A stretch of DNA of 64,000 nucleotides, from positions 3,534,001-3,598,000 of the forward strand of contig OZ316775.1 of assembly GCA_973851085.1 (NCBI GenBank). The letters are read 5' to 3'. Below are positions 13,945 through 26,746 of the stretch, piece after piece. The DNA is from Ptychomitrium polyphyllum. Lineage: Eukaryota. Within the stretch, counting starts at the first letter, position 1. Each line of letters begins with the position of its first letter. The notes beneath the pieces are model-generated. The model was not told the DNA's origin. It saw only the letters and a list, made by a program, of their open reading frames with translations, and searched no databases. The translations under genes were made by a program, and so were the position numbers.

Positions 13945-14700
13945 ATGTCAAAGACGGTATCTAGTTGGTTTGGGCGCGCTCATAGCAAGTCTCTCTCCAA
14001 GGACCTTAACAAACAGGAATCATCGGAGCAAGACAAAGAAAATAAGGAGAATAGCTCGGACCAGGATGTGAAGCTGACCAAGTGCGAATCCCTCCCTACG
14101 AACCTCATTTCTTTCGAATCCGACGATGAAGCTGAAGAGCCAGAGGCACCGTGTGCAGAGTTTAACGCTGAACTCGGTCCATTAGTGTCTCTAAAAGAGC
14201 AGCTGGAGAAGGACAAAGAGGACGAGAGCCTGAGGCGGTGGAAGGCTCAGCTTCTGGGTGTTGCCAGCGACGATGACGCCGGAGATGGGTTCGTGGAACC
14301 CGAAGTGAATGTGTTGTCATTGGGAGTGATCTCCAAAGGACGACCTGACAGCGACTTCCCAATGCCACTGGGCACCAACTCTAGGGGCTACACGTTTTCT
14401 CTGAAGGAGGGATCTACCGTCGCCTTGAAGTATGTTTTCACCGTCCGAAACAATATTGTCTCCGGCTTGACGTGCATCAACACCGTGTGGAAAGCTGGCT
14501 TCCAGGTGGACCAGACCCGGAACATGATGGGTACTTTTGCCCCTCAACAGGAGCCCTATGTGCACATTGCTGAGGAGGAAGTGACCCCTTCCGGCTCTCT
14601 AGCTCGTGGTGCTTACACAGCCCGGAAGAGGTTCATCGATGACGACGGCAGGGTGTATCTGGACTTAGATTACTCGTTTGAGATTCGCAAGGAGTGGTAG
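13945..14700 (+). CDS. RopGDI: Rho/ROP GDP-dissociation inhibitor (plant RopGDI), 251 aa, single coding exon
   Basis: Uninterrupted ATG-to-TAG ORF containing RhoGDI hallmarks LKEQLEKDKEDESLRRWKAQLLG, FSLKEGS, NNIVSGL, MMGTFAPQ, TPSGSLARGAY, FIDDD and the C-terminal YSFEIRKEW. Splice-acceptor-like ctgacAG at 13924-13930 lies just upstream of the ATG. Confidence 0.96.
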   Translation: MSKTVSSWFGRAHSKSLSKDLNKQESSEQDKENKENSSDQDVKLTKCESLPTNLISFESDDEAEEPEAPCAEFNAELGPLVSLKEQLEKDKEDESLRRWKAQLLGVASDDDAGDGFVEPEVNVLSLGVISKGRPDSDFPMPLGTNSRGYTFSLKEGSTVALKYVFTVRNNIVSGLTCINTVWKAGFQVDQTRNMMGTFAPQQEPYVHIAEEEVTPSGSLARGAYTARKRFIDDDGRVYLDLDYSFEIRKEW

Positions 14701-17269
14701 TTAGTGTCAACTCGTCTTACTCTTTTCACAGGATTAAATTATGTCAGTGGAATCAGTACAGATTGCTAGTCAGTCAGTGTTGTTGTTGTAGTCAGTATCC
14801 TCTTGTGTGATACAAGCTAAGCTCGTCTTTTATGTGGGGCACATTTATGGTTACAACAAATCATTGTGATGATTTGATTTGAACGAATTAGCTGTTACTA
14901 TGTAGTGCGGCTATGGATTATTTCTGGTTAATGTCCTGTCTGCCGAGGCTTGTTCGATGCTTGTATGAACAAGTTGCAGCCCAAGTTCGGGCTTTGTAAT
15001 TTACAGCTTTTCCACTTCCGCCATAAATTATCTGCTTTGAATTCCTTCCTTTCTTCCTTCCTTTATAAGTAGACGGTGCTCATCCACAACTGCATGGTGG
15101 TCTTTTACAGAAATCAGGATTGCACCTGGTTGCTGTATATTATAGATCGTGTTGCGTCTGTTCTTATCTAGAAGCTGTGATTATAAAATCAATGTTAGCG
15201 CAGTTACTGGGGACGTATGAGATTTTGTTCATTTTCTGCAACTCATCGAAGTTTGATTTGTGCTCATTAAGCGAAGCATAACATTGTCACAGTAACGCTA
15301 GCATTAGGAAGCTAACCTTTTTCATGACTAGGGCCAGGGCTTGTAGTTTCAGAAACTGTTTTATGTGTAATTTTACTGGAGCATCTCCACCTGTAAATTC
15401 AAATTCAAATACGTGATCTAGTTTGGTCCAATCTGTTGTGATATCAAAGAAATAGGAGGGAAGCTAGTCCTACTAGACAACTGCTTTTCTTACAATAATT
15501 TGGAAACCTGCGCGAATGCTTTAGCTTCATGGAGCTTCTATTCAATTAACCTATTCTCAATCAAAACCAATCACATTCATTGTGTTTTCAAAAGCCTTGT
15601 TCTATTCTATCATGTTCTTTCTTAAAATCTACCTGAACATGACCATAAACATGACTATAGGTTGTTTTGACTCAATGACCGAATTCACAATTTGTATCAT
15701 TAAGAAAATATTGCCAAGAGTACTACGTCATTTCAAAACTCTTGTTTGGTTGTGTCTAATAAGTCTAATATGCATCAATTGAATCTTTTGGGCCATCATT
15801 TAGCTAGGATTATGTGGACGTGCATCAACGTGTTAGAGTGGTGTTTATTTCAGTGTCACTGTCTTAGCCACTTAGCTCCAGCAACTGAAGACGAGCTTGC
15901 TCGCATTCCACCAAGACCTCGCTGCTGCAAAAAACTCATGGTTGTAGGAATTTGCGTAGGTCGCCATCTCCTTATTGGTCAAGTACCCTATTCCATCCCG
16001 GCCAACGAGTGACTAGATTGAAATTGTGCTTTGTGATTCGCGGACCAATTGACAAAAAGTTCCATCCATACAAGCATCCTTTTGTGGCCACCTTGCGGAC
16101 AACTTGATAGCTGCCCATCATGCATCCCGCTGTTCATTTTCCGAAAGCTCTTGTGTTATGCTGTCGGGAGGCGTTCCTGCAACATGACATCTCATGTGAA
16201 GCCTTCCAGTAAGCGCTGAGCTTAAGCCACGGTGCCGTGCAATTGCTTTTCTCTCTCTTCTGGCATTCGCTGTGTTCTTGCTTTCATGATAGAAGAGTCT
16301 GATTCTGAGCAGGGCCCTTGCCTCCCATATTGACCAGGCTGCTTCGCCCGGTTGAGGACGATCCATATAAATTCTTCGTGTCACGACATATAGAAAGTGT
16401 TGTCTGTAGTAAGAGGTAATCTTGGTGGAAATTGATCAGTTTTTCTAAGTTACCAGAAAAGCCAGTAATGAACCGTAAAAGGCCTGTCTCACACAATGCT
16501 TATTCACACACTGGCTCCGGAGAAGTTTGTGGAAGGTGGAGTTTTGCCTCTGGTTATTTCTCAGATGGGTGTTTTGGTTTGTTACGAGATACAAGAAATC
16601 TTGATTATAATTAGCAGGTTGACAGAAGTTGTAGATTCTCTCATTTCAGTATGCAATTAGTAACATTTTCACACACAATTCACTTGAACCTTTCTGATAA
16701 TGCTTCTATTGCCAAGTGCAAGTGAACCTGTAGTAGGATAAGTGCATCAAAAGAGGAGAAGATGCTAATGGTGCCAACATGTACCTCTGTTAATCATTTC
16801 AAAAGAAGGATACTCTTCCATAATACATGCGCTAGCTTTTGAATGATTGAGAATTAATAAATGTATCATGGACAAAAACTCTTCTTTAGAAGTACATGAA
16901 AGTACATGTTGACACCATTTAGCACCTTCTTGTATTAGATGATTTACATTGGGATGCTACCACTATTATTGATTTAAATTTATACAAACTAAAGCTTGTC
17001 AATGTTTGCAATAATCTCCTAACGTTCTTTAACAAGCTATGCATCACCTTGAAACAAAAAGGTTTAAATCTAGGATTTTAAATTCTAACTTTTCATAAAT
17101 TGGTCTAAAAGTTTATACATACTATATTTTAAAGTTTGTTGAAATTCTTGTCTCTTATAAATAAGAGTCATTTAATAAAAAGTTGGAGCTTGTTGATTAC
17201 AACCATGCATGGTTACAAATGTTCTTAATTTCCAAAATGATGCATCCAAATTATTAAAGAATATTTGAA

Positions 17270-17354
17270 ACCTTCTTCCTTTACCTACAAGAGAGAATAT
17301 TTTTGTTATAATCTTGAAAATTTAACCAATAGAATTGGTCAAAATTTTCAAGTT
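17270..17354 (+). repeat. Left copy of a diverged inverted repeat pair (partner 19710-19794)
   Basis: Gapless manual alignment to the reverse complement of 19710-19794: 71 of 85 identical, and 11 of the 14 differences are transitions. Weaker similarity extends on both sides. Confidence 0.85.
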
Positions 17355-17682
17355 CTCTTATAAGGCTTTATTCCTTGTTCCATTGCCCACAAAAGAAGTG
17401 ATTTGAAGAAAGATAAAAAATAAGTTGGCTGCTTATATTGAAACAAATGTTGCAAAAAAGTCTTTTTGTGTTAATTTTCCTTGAAAGTACTTTTGTGATG
17501 ACAATTTAAGAGCTTATCCATGGAAAAAGCCCTATTTCATAAAAACATTATTTTAATACTTTGCCATTTTTTCCAACAAATTGTTATTTCTTTAAATATA
17601 CATGTCTTGGATTAAAAAAATTGCATCCTTTGTCTTCTATGGAAGAAGGTATAAATAAGCCCTAAATATTTTAGTATTCATG

Positions 17683-17802
17683 CACGACTCACAATGGCTA
17701 TTGTTGTTTGACAAATATAATATTTTGAAACCAAGTTTGACCCACGTCTCACAATAGCTATTGTTATTCGACAAATATAGTACCTTGAAACCAAGTTTGG
17801 CC
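17683..17802. repeat. Tandem duplication, 60-bp unit x2
   Basis: cacgactcacaatggctattgttgtttgacaaatataatattttgaaaccaagtttgacc followed by cacgtctcacaatagctattgttattcgacaaatatagtaccttgaaaccaagtttggcc. Confidence 0.9.
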
Positions 17803-19709
17803 ATATTATTGTACATAATATGCACTATACATGTAACTATGTTTTATTTTTAGAATATGAAATTTTAGTTGGCATTTAAACCCTCATTTTACCTTTAAAA
17901 TGTCACCTTAAATAACAATATCTTAAACAATGTCATGTAACCCCAGTTCCATGCCCAAGCAGTTTGACTTTATGTTCTTGCAAGGGGGAGCAGGCAGGAG
18001 GCTGCCCCTTCATTCCTGATATGTGGATACATACTGGTGGCTATCTGTTGATTGCTTCACTCAATAGTTTCTGTTATGCAGGGCTTGCATATGTAACGGC
18101 TACTTGTGACGTTCCAAGGATTTTTTATAAGTTTTGGAGTACTCACCTTGAAAAGCCAGTAACAAATCATCCTCATCTGTTTTGAAATAAAGATGTTGAT
18201 GTTGATGAATGAGTGGATATGCACCATCTGTAACTTAGTAGTACTACTGTGGTTTTTCAGCAAGTAGCAGAAAAGCTGTGTTCTGATCTTTCAGTGCTAG
18301 AGCAAATGCCTCCTGACACAAAACCTTCAGAAGATCCCTTTGAAGATCATTTCAATCCCAACAAACTTCCAGATCTCCCTTCTTCAACTGAGCATATATA
18401 CATGAAGTAGGGAATTCAATAACATAACTTAATATTTGAATCTCCTTTACCCTAATATTAGCCCAATTCAAGTTAGAATTTGTATTGTAAAGTTTGAGAT
18501 TGTTGGAGTTGAAGAGCAAAGTTAAAATATGAATTTTCAATTCAAAAGGTTAAATGAAAACGCTTTAAAAAATAACAAGACATTCATTTGGATGGATGAA
18601 TTTGTGCTAAAATGCATGATTGAACCATTTCCGATCAAATTGTAGAATTTGGATGTGTAGATGTATGTATGTAGGGAAGTTTGTAAGTTGAATATGGATA
18701 TTATACTATACTTTTTTCATTTTTTTCTTTTATGTTGATTCACTAAAATATAATACTACATAGTAGCAATAAAAAAACATTATCACCTCTCCCTTAAATC
18801 TGAATAATGAAAGCATTTCCACTATTAAGCATTGCATCTCATTACATGTCTTGTGCATCAAAATATAAGCTATATACAATAGTATGTTCATTCACTTAAT
18901 TCTCAAAATAAATCAAAGCTATTTTCATTTTTTTTTACCATGAAAATATTAGGACTTTGGGATGTTTTGAGAATTAAATTATTTTTTTGTAAATAAAGTT
19001 CAAAAATCAACACCTTGAATCAAATATCATCACCTATATTTGATATAATTCAATTCAATGAATCAATAGTTCACCTGAGATAAATATTATTATTTATGGT
19101 ATAATTTAATAAGCTAGGAGTGCCAATTAAGCATGTTGATTTTTTATGTGCTAACAAAGTCTTAATATTTGCAAATGTCATTAATATATTTACTTACAAG
19201 ACAAAAAATTATCAACAATTCTATAGGATTTGTTATTTCCCTTTTAAAATAGTAATTTTTGTTTTTAGAATGCTTATACGTAGGTCTAATTTCATATTGA
19301 AAATCTATTAATGACAAATTTTAAGTATATTTTTAACTTAAATAACAAAAGACATTTAAGGTTTTATATTTTTTTAGTTTTTTTTTAAGACTATGAAATT
19401 GGATGATTGACTAGAACGTCTCAAATATAATCCAAGTACTAATTGATTATTTTTTAAAATAATAATGTTGTATGAAACGTGCAATAGCTGTGTGGTTTTG
19501 AATAGTCATACATAGTAGGTGGTAGTTTTTATTTCACTAGATTTGTATGTAGTTCTTCTAACCATTAAGATGTCTACTTCTAGATTACTTATGAATTTGT
19601 AAAATTAGATGTTGAATATTTCTCAATGATGGTTTTTAAATAAATTTTCAACGTCAAAGACAAAAATCACTTGAAAAATGGAGACATTAGGAATAAAATC
19701 CTACAAAAC

Positions 19710-19794
19710 AACTTGAAAATTTTGACCAATCTTATTAGTCAAATTCTGAAAATTATGGCCAAAATATTCTTTCTTGTAGGCAATGGGAGAAGGT
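19710..19794 (-). repeat. Right copy of a diverged inverted repeat pair (partner 17270-17354)
   Basis: Same manual alignment, 71 of 85 identical in inverted orientation. Confidence 0.85.
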
Positions 19795-22700
19795 GTTGAA
19801 CAGCCCTTAGACTTCTTGTCTCACTTGACAAACTGTATCAAGACTATGTATGATTTTCAGCTTCCAAAAAGGCTAACACTCTAGAGAGACAACTCTACGT
19901 AGTAGAGTAGTTGAATACACAGAAATGGAATTTGCCCATACTCTGGCAACATCCATCAGGTTGTGTCATCAGCAGTCTTCCTACTCCCTGCTGCTCTGTG
20001 TAGGAGACTGTATGTTGTAGCCAATTGTGAGCCGTTGAGGTCCTTTGGGACCTTATCATTATTTCAAGTACTTTAAAGGAAAAGGACCTCTTCAAAACAA
20101 TTTGAGAAATGTGCATGTGTAAGGCACTGAGACCCATTGGTGGAACTGGAAAACACTGTAACAATTTCATGGCTTTAAATAGTGAATCAAATGAGCTACA
20201 CTGTAGCCACTCCATCCACAAGTGGAAATGGCCATAACTTTTAAAAAGTGAACCAACACTTCTTCGAGTTGCATCACTGATTCTCAAATGAGCATCTGTC
20301 ATACTCTGCCATGTTGGATTTGTTATGTTATAATAAATGGCACATGGTCCAAATGACTGGAAATAGGATGTGATTGAAAGGAATGCCACTAGAAATCATG
20401 GGATTTGTGGGCCTCATATGCTCAACATCTCAATTGCGTAGGTATTTAGTGTCAACATCATTAGAATGGTATTTAGTATCACCAATTTTAAATATATTGC
20501 TACAATACAAAACATAAATTCATAAATTAGTCCTTAGTATTGATAATCAACTAGTTTTTTTTATTGGAACAATAAGACATTTTAAAAAATGTTTATGAGT
20601 AGTATCATTCATAAAGTGAATTACCACAATATTGAATTCCATATATTACTAAATACCATTTTGAGTATAGTCACCACTTAAACATTAATAACATTTATGT
20701 GAGCTACTTCACTATTCAAAAACAATGAAGTTTTAGTTAATCATTTTAAAATTTAATTTAAAATACAAATACTTAATTTTGGTGAATTGTCAATGTTAGG
20801 ACTTATAATATTTATTTAAAATACATCTTAAGTGACCTTATTCTTAAGAATTGGGTCTTCAAAGTATGAAGGATGCATTGCCCCATTTACAACCATTTCA
20901 TCTCCATTTGAAACAATACCCTTCCATGTCATGGCCACCTCCTTCTTGTTCATAATGCTAAATTTGCTTTGAGTTGACCTGAAAAATGATTTGTTTCTTC
21001 TTCATATGTAAAGAGTCTGATTCATACTAAGAATTTCTCAGTGTTAGAAACCACTACATCTATAAGGAAACTACTATTTTGACAATGAAAACTGAATAAA
21101 ACATGAATACTCCAACAACCACAACGTCCAGATTTCAAAATGTACATTTACCTTTCCCTCACCACAGGGTCAGTTTTCAAATATAGCATGGAATCAACAT
21201 GGAAATTATTGGAAATGAAACTTCTATATCAGGTGAGTCTCAATGAACTACATGTTTTTTCAGGGTGCTTTTGTGAACACCTACCTCACATGATTTGCAA
21301 ATGCCATCAATAGTAGTGTCTGGCCAATGCCTAACCATCTATCAAAAGCACACAGATGCTCCATCACTATATATAACATTTTGTGGTACACCAGCAAGTC
21401 CTTGTAAATCATGGCATCTAATTGTCAATATTCTCTACTGACCATAATTCACTCCTATTCAGCAATATAATCTCCTAAGTATCTCATGCTTCCAATCAAA
21501 TTCTTTGGGTCTACATTATGGATTGTTTTGGTCATGGTCATGTGGCACAGACTAAATTGGGCTAGCAGTAAGGAATGAGCACAGTACATTGAATGATTTC
21601 CACATCCACTAAAGTTGATATTCTCTTTGTCTGTTTAAAAGATAATAGAAGATAACCAAAATTCTATGGTCCTATTGATGAATTTTTGGAATTTATTCAT
21701 TAACTCATTGATATGTTTATTTTTAACTTTTTTGTTTTAATTTATTTTTGCAAATTAAAGTGAATTCCGTTGCAAGAGAAACACAACAAATCCCAACCCC
21801 AAGCAGGTGGATGAAAGCCATTGGATGTGCTATTTTCAGGGTGGTGAAAGCTCCTGTCAACAATTACATATCCTCTAACACTTCCCAAGAACATGGACTG
21901 AAAGTGTTCAATTATTATTTTCTGAAGTGAACAATATCATTTTCAAATGAAAACAGGTTATAGAAAAGCTTAAATGATGCTAAAGACAATGTCCTGAATT
22001 TTGTAAGTGATGTGCTTTGTTCATTGCTGTTTGGTAGTAAGTACGTCATTGTAACCCAGTCAATTTATTTGGGTTATCAGATACAATTTAGTCATGCACT
22101 TTGAGGTTTCATGGAACTTTTGCTTCATATTTCTAGGGCATAAACAGATTCCCTTATTACTCTCAACCACCCCTTTTTAGCATATCCACAATACATGTAC
22201 ATGGCCTTAGAGTTCAACATACAGTACTTGCTTTTGGTTACCTTCAGGCATAGTACCATCTCAGACCTTATCATAAAAGGGAGCCTGAATGATTGTGTTG
22301 GTCAATTTCTCCTATTTTCTCCTGGATAATTTGAAAATTATTAGTTGCATAAAATTTATTTACAATATTTTTTATAAAAAATAAATTGTTTATTTGTATG
22401 TTTGTTTTAATTTTGTTGAGTTTCATTCTCGTTTTTGATATGACATAGGTTTGAATTGGCTCTTACAGTTTAAGATGGTAAATAGCTTATCTAATTTACA
22501 AAGAACTCTATATATACTCTCATCGTCAACAAATCTAGCTTGCAATAATCATTCTCCATATAGGAAGGTTCAATGATAATTTCTTTGCAAGTAAAATGTT
22601 CATTTGTGATTGTCATGTAAAAGTAAGGCTTTGTTAATTACGTTTAATATTAATTATTGACTCGTCTAAACATCCTTATTTAAAGGGATATTCCATCATT

Positions 22701-25357
22701 CAAAGGTTCAATATCATTGTCAAAACCTTGATCTACTATAGATTGAAGGAGCTTGTGTACCAAGTCATCAAACTATACACAAAAAAATTTGATTAATTGA
22801 TGATTAAGACTATGCAATAAAATTGCCCTCAAGCATTTATGCATTCAATGTTACATGATTTTACTATCATTTATTGTTGATTTTCCACTTTCCAAGGTGA
22901 AGGTGAAGTGCTTGACTTGTTGAAGATGTTATAATACAAGAATTTATAACAAGATTAGAATTTTCTATATTAAATAATTGTTGAATTGATGAATTCTTGA
23001 AATGAACATATGATCAATCTTAAGCATTGCAATCAACAAAAAGGTTTTTTTTTAAAATGTTGAAAGAAAATAATTATATGTAATTTGTACATGATATCTA
23101 CCATCCTAAATTGTAGGTGCTAGTTTAAACCTATGCCAAACCAAAAGTAACTATAAAACTCCAAAAAATATCCAAAAATGAGGAAAAATAAACTTTGGAC
23201 CCTAACTTTTTATTTAATACAAATTCTTCTTATTGTTTGCTTAAGGATTCCTTTCCAAACTTATAAGATTCTACTCCGAATAATCCAAAATTAAATATGC
23301 ACAAGTAGACCAATTCAACCACTAATGCTCCCTTTCTCCCCAGAAATGGGAAGGAATCAAAATTGTGATAAATTAAGAGATATGAAAAATGCCTATAACA
23401 AGGGTGTATGACTGTGAACAAAGTAAAAGATTTGCTTCGCTATGGAGAAATGTTATGATGTGAAAATATTCAAACTAAGCAGCCCCCTTAAAGGAGGCAT
23501 GGAGGTGGTGCATCTGGGAACGTGACGAAAAGTGTGTCAGACACAACTGTTAGTTACCAAACAAGTGCCCAATTTGCAAAGAGCAGCTGTTCTTGGAGCA
23601 CATCCAAAATGAAAATAGATTCTATTTGTTCAAATGGAATTAGTACTTGAAATACGAGCATTGGATGACAAAATTACATTCTTGGCAAGCATGCTATTGT
23701 ATGGAATTTAAGATATGTTGAATTTTGGATTTAAGGAATCTTGGTCAACAAATGTCAATAATTTAATGAAGTAATGTTTTTCAAAATTAGTAAACTCCAA
23801 ACTTTTTGACATCATTCCTTCAATTCTATTTAATGACATCCATGCAAGGGATATAATTTTGTCATCCAACATTCAAATATAGAAAATTTTGTGCCTATTT
23901 TATGTGATTTAATTGTGCTTTTAATGATAGTATTTTCAAGTATTTTTAAGATTTTGATGTGTACATTGGAGATGGTTTGAGGAGACTTTTGACCTTTAAT
24001 ACAAAATCAGTCTACACATTAGTGCTCATGATGCTGAATAACAAATTGCTGAGGTGTGTGTGTGAACAGGAGGAATATATAGAGCTCACATCTTGCTACT
24101 GTATCAAGGCTGTTCACTGGAGGGGGAGGTTCCTTTGCAGTAGGAAAATCAAGGTCTCTTGATGAATTAGTGGCACTCTGAAGTGCTATTCAATAATCTT
24201 CTCAGATAAGCTGAACCATCATCCTATCAAAGTACATATGATTGAAATAGTGACATCCAATTCTTACTGTATGTTTGCAAAAGTTTGAGTGGCCACTCAT
24301 TACAACATCTTATTCACCTTTGGTAACAGCAAACACTTTAGAAGGTGGGCTAGTTGGGATTTACAAACACATTCACAAGTTGAACTAACTCAGATGCAGA
24401 CTTTTTTTTCAAATTTTAGGGAATCACTTTAAAAGATAGGATTGGAGTGTAGCAGCCTCTACAAGTGACAATATTGTTGAGTGGACAGGTCTTCAGTGCT
24501 TGGAGCAGAAATTTAAAGGAATTAGATTTAGGGTTCCTTACCACAGCCTCAAGCAACAATTAACTCCTTGAGAATACCATCATGCATGTGACAAACTTTA
24601 AGATGAAGCAGACCACAAAAAGCCAAGAAAAGAAGCAGTTATGATCTGAGAATATGTAAAGAAAAGGGAGGGCAATGATGGCTTTATTCAAAAAATGGGA
24701 TCAACCCAAGCTGATTCTCCATGTGCGACCCCTTTGAGAATATATCTTACATGGGATATGCCACTGCTTCTTTTCATCCACAGCCTACCCATTGCCTCCA
24801 AAGAGACCTCAACATTACTTAGGATACAAAGATCATGCCGACCCTCAAAGTGTTCTACTGTGGTTGTAGCTCAGGGGATAGTGAATTATCGCCCTTTCCA
24901 AGCCTGTGAATTGTACAGCTGTTCCATTAACGTATGCCCACCAATTCTCAAGGGAACAATATCAGGCTGACATTTACTGCTGAGAGCTGCATACTATGAT
25001 CATTCTGAAAAATTGATCTCATATCTTCTGAGAATCTCTGAAAGTTTTTCAAGAGCATGCAGCTGCTGCTAGTCAAATTTTATGCTAACTCTGTACAAAC
25101 TTTGGTGACCTACTGAACATTGTGGATGCTTGCAATCAGTCCCTTTCACCCTTAGCCAATAAAGTTTATCAAAACCTAAACTATAGGTTTAGAACATGGT
25201 CCTTCCAGGACCCATAGTCAGCACGTTCTCTATCCTCTTGTCATCCAAAAGGTACGAGCCATATGTCACTCAGAAAAGATGGTTATGTGGGACTGCAATG
25301 AGATTGCAAATGCTGCCATTGTAGCAGCACTAGGTAAGATGATTCAAGAATCATGCA

Positions 25358-26746
25358 TCATCTCAGAAAGAACCTCTCATGTCTCTCACCACCAGTTGCT
25401 GGGTGAAACTTGTAGGCATTGGAGAGGTACTCCAACCATGTGAAAGGCCTGTACTTCTGCGGCCGCTCTGCAGTAATAAGCTCTTGTGGAGCTTCCACCA
25501 TGGCACTCAGAGGAGGGTTCAAAAAGCAGGCAAGGGACAACCGCTTTGATGTCCCATTCACCGCCGCCCTGTGCAAAACACTCTTGTATCGCGTATTGCT
25601 CAACACCTGAACACACCATTCAAAACAATACTCACATAAGAAACAATTAAAAAGTAACTTCAAATTCAAAAGAAAAAAAAATGTTAGTCAAATGGTGGTC
25701 ACATGAAGGCGCTCTGGAATACCTGGAAGAGGTCGCCGATGTTCACAACGAAGCAATCCGGGCGCGGCTTGACGGTAATCCACTGGTCGTCGATCTGCAC
25801 CTGGAGGCCGGCGACCTCGTCCTGGTGCAGAATGGTGAGCAGATGCGGGTCTGTGTGCGCGCGCAGTCCAATCGCAAGCTCTGGCTGCGGGCACGGCGGG
25901 TACAAGTTGAACCGCATGGACATCATGCGTTCATTCTCAACGTAATGGTTAAACCGGTCGCGCTCCAAACCCAGACCCTCGGTTAACAACTCAAGCAGCT
26001 CGCGCGCTAGCTTCTCAATCTCCGCCATGTATTCCTCCACTGTGAAACTGCAAAATGGTCACCAAAAGATCACACCTTTAGTGCTCGGACTAAACCCCGG
26101 ATCTTCCAATAGGAGGAGATTCGACCAATCGGGTGTGAACAGAGGAAAGGTGAGGAATTGGAGAGGGTGGTCACCTAAATTTGTTGGGGTCGCCTTCGGA
26201 GAAAAGTTTTTGGGAAAAGTCACGGATGTTGGAGGTGGGATGGAGTTGCATGTGGAAGCTTTCGGCCCAGTGCATGACAGTTTGATTGACCCAGGTGTTG
26301 GCGCCATAGCCGAAGGAGGTGCCGGGGGGGCGGTGGACGCGCTCCTTGACGTCCAGGGGAAGCTCAAACATTTCGTGAGCTTCGCGCTCGCAGCGCTCGA
26401 TCAGAGTGAGGTCGACGCCGTGGTTGACAACTTGGAAGAAGCCGAACTTCTCGCAGGCCGTGGCGATGGAGGTAACAAGGGAGGCACGGGCTCCGGAGTC
26501 GCGGGAGCGGAGCGGGGCCAGGTCCACGACCGGGATTTGGTCGCTGCACTCAGCCGCAGAGGATTCAATATTCAGAGTGGGCCGGTGGTTCTCTGCTGTG
26601 TCCACAAACATGGGCGGCAGCTGCTGCGTGTTGTGCAGCAGAGCCGTGAGCAGGCTGGCGTTGCGGAGCGTTGTGTTGGCGTTCGTAAGCACCGCTCCCA
26701 GATCTGCTGGATTGTGCCGTGGTGAGGCGAGTGGGTGTGCCGCCAT
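25358..26746 (-). CDS. 2-oxoglutarate/Fe(II)-dependent dioxygenase (DOXC class, gibberellin-oxidase-like); exons 26746-26175, 26047-25723, 25606-25358; 381 aa
   Basis: DIOX_N motifs IPVVDL and ACEKFGFFQVVNHGV; NLYPPCP; Fe-binding HTD...H (HTDPHLLTILHQD, SVLHRA); 2OG-binding RxS (RLSL). GT-AG introns 26174-26048 and 25722-25607 join the three ORF-track pieces in frame (572+325+249 = 1146 nt). Confidence 0.95.

Noticed and set aside
16246..16265. miR156/miR529-like sequence (reverse complement TGCCAGAAGAGAGAGAAAAG)
   Set aside because: Several mismatches, driven by a CT run, and no complementary precursor arm seen nearby.
24868..24883. miR390-like word AGCTCAGGGGATAGTG
   Set aside because: Needs a 2-nt gap plus mismatches, and forms only a tiny imperfect hairpin rather than a precursor.
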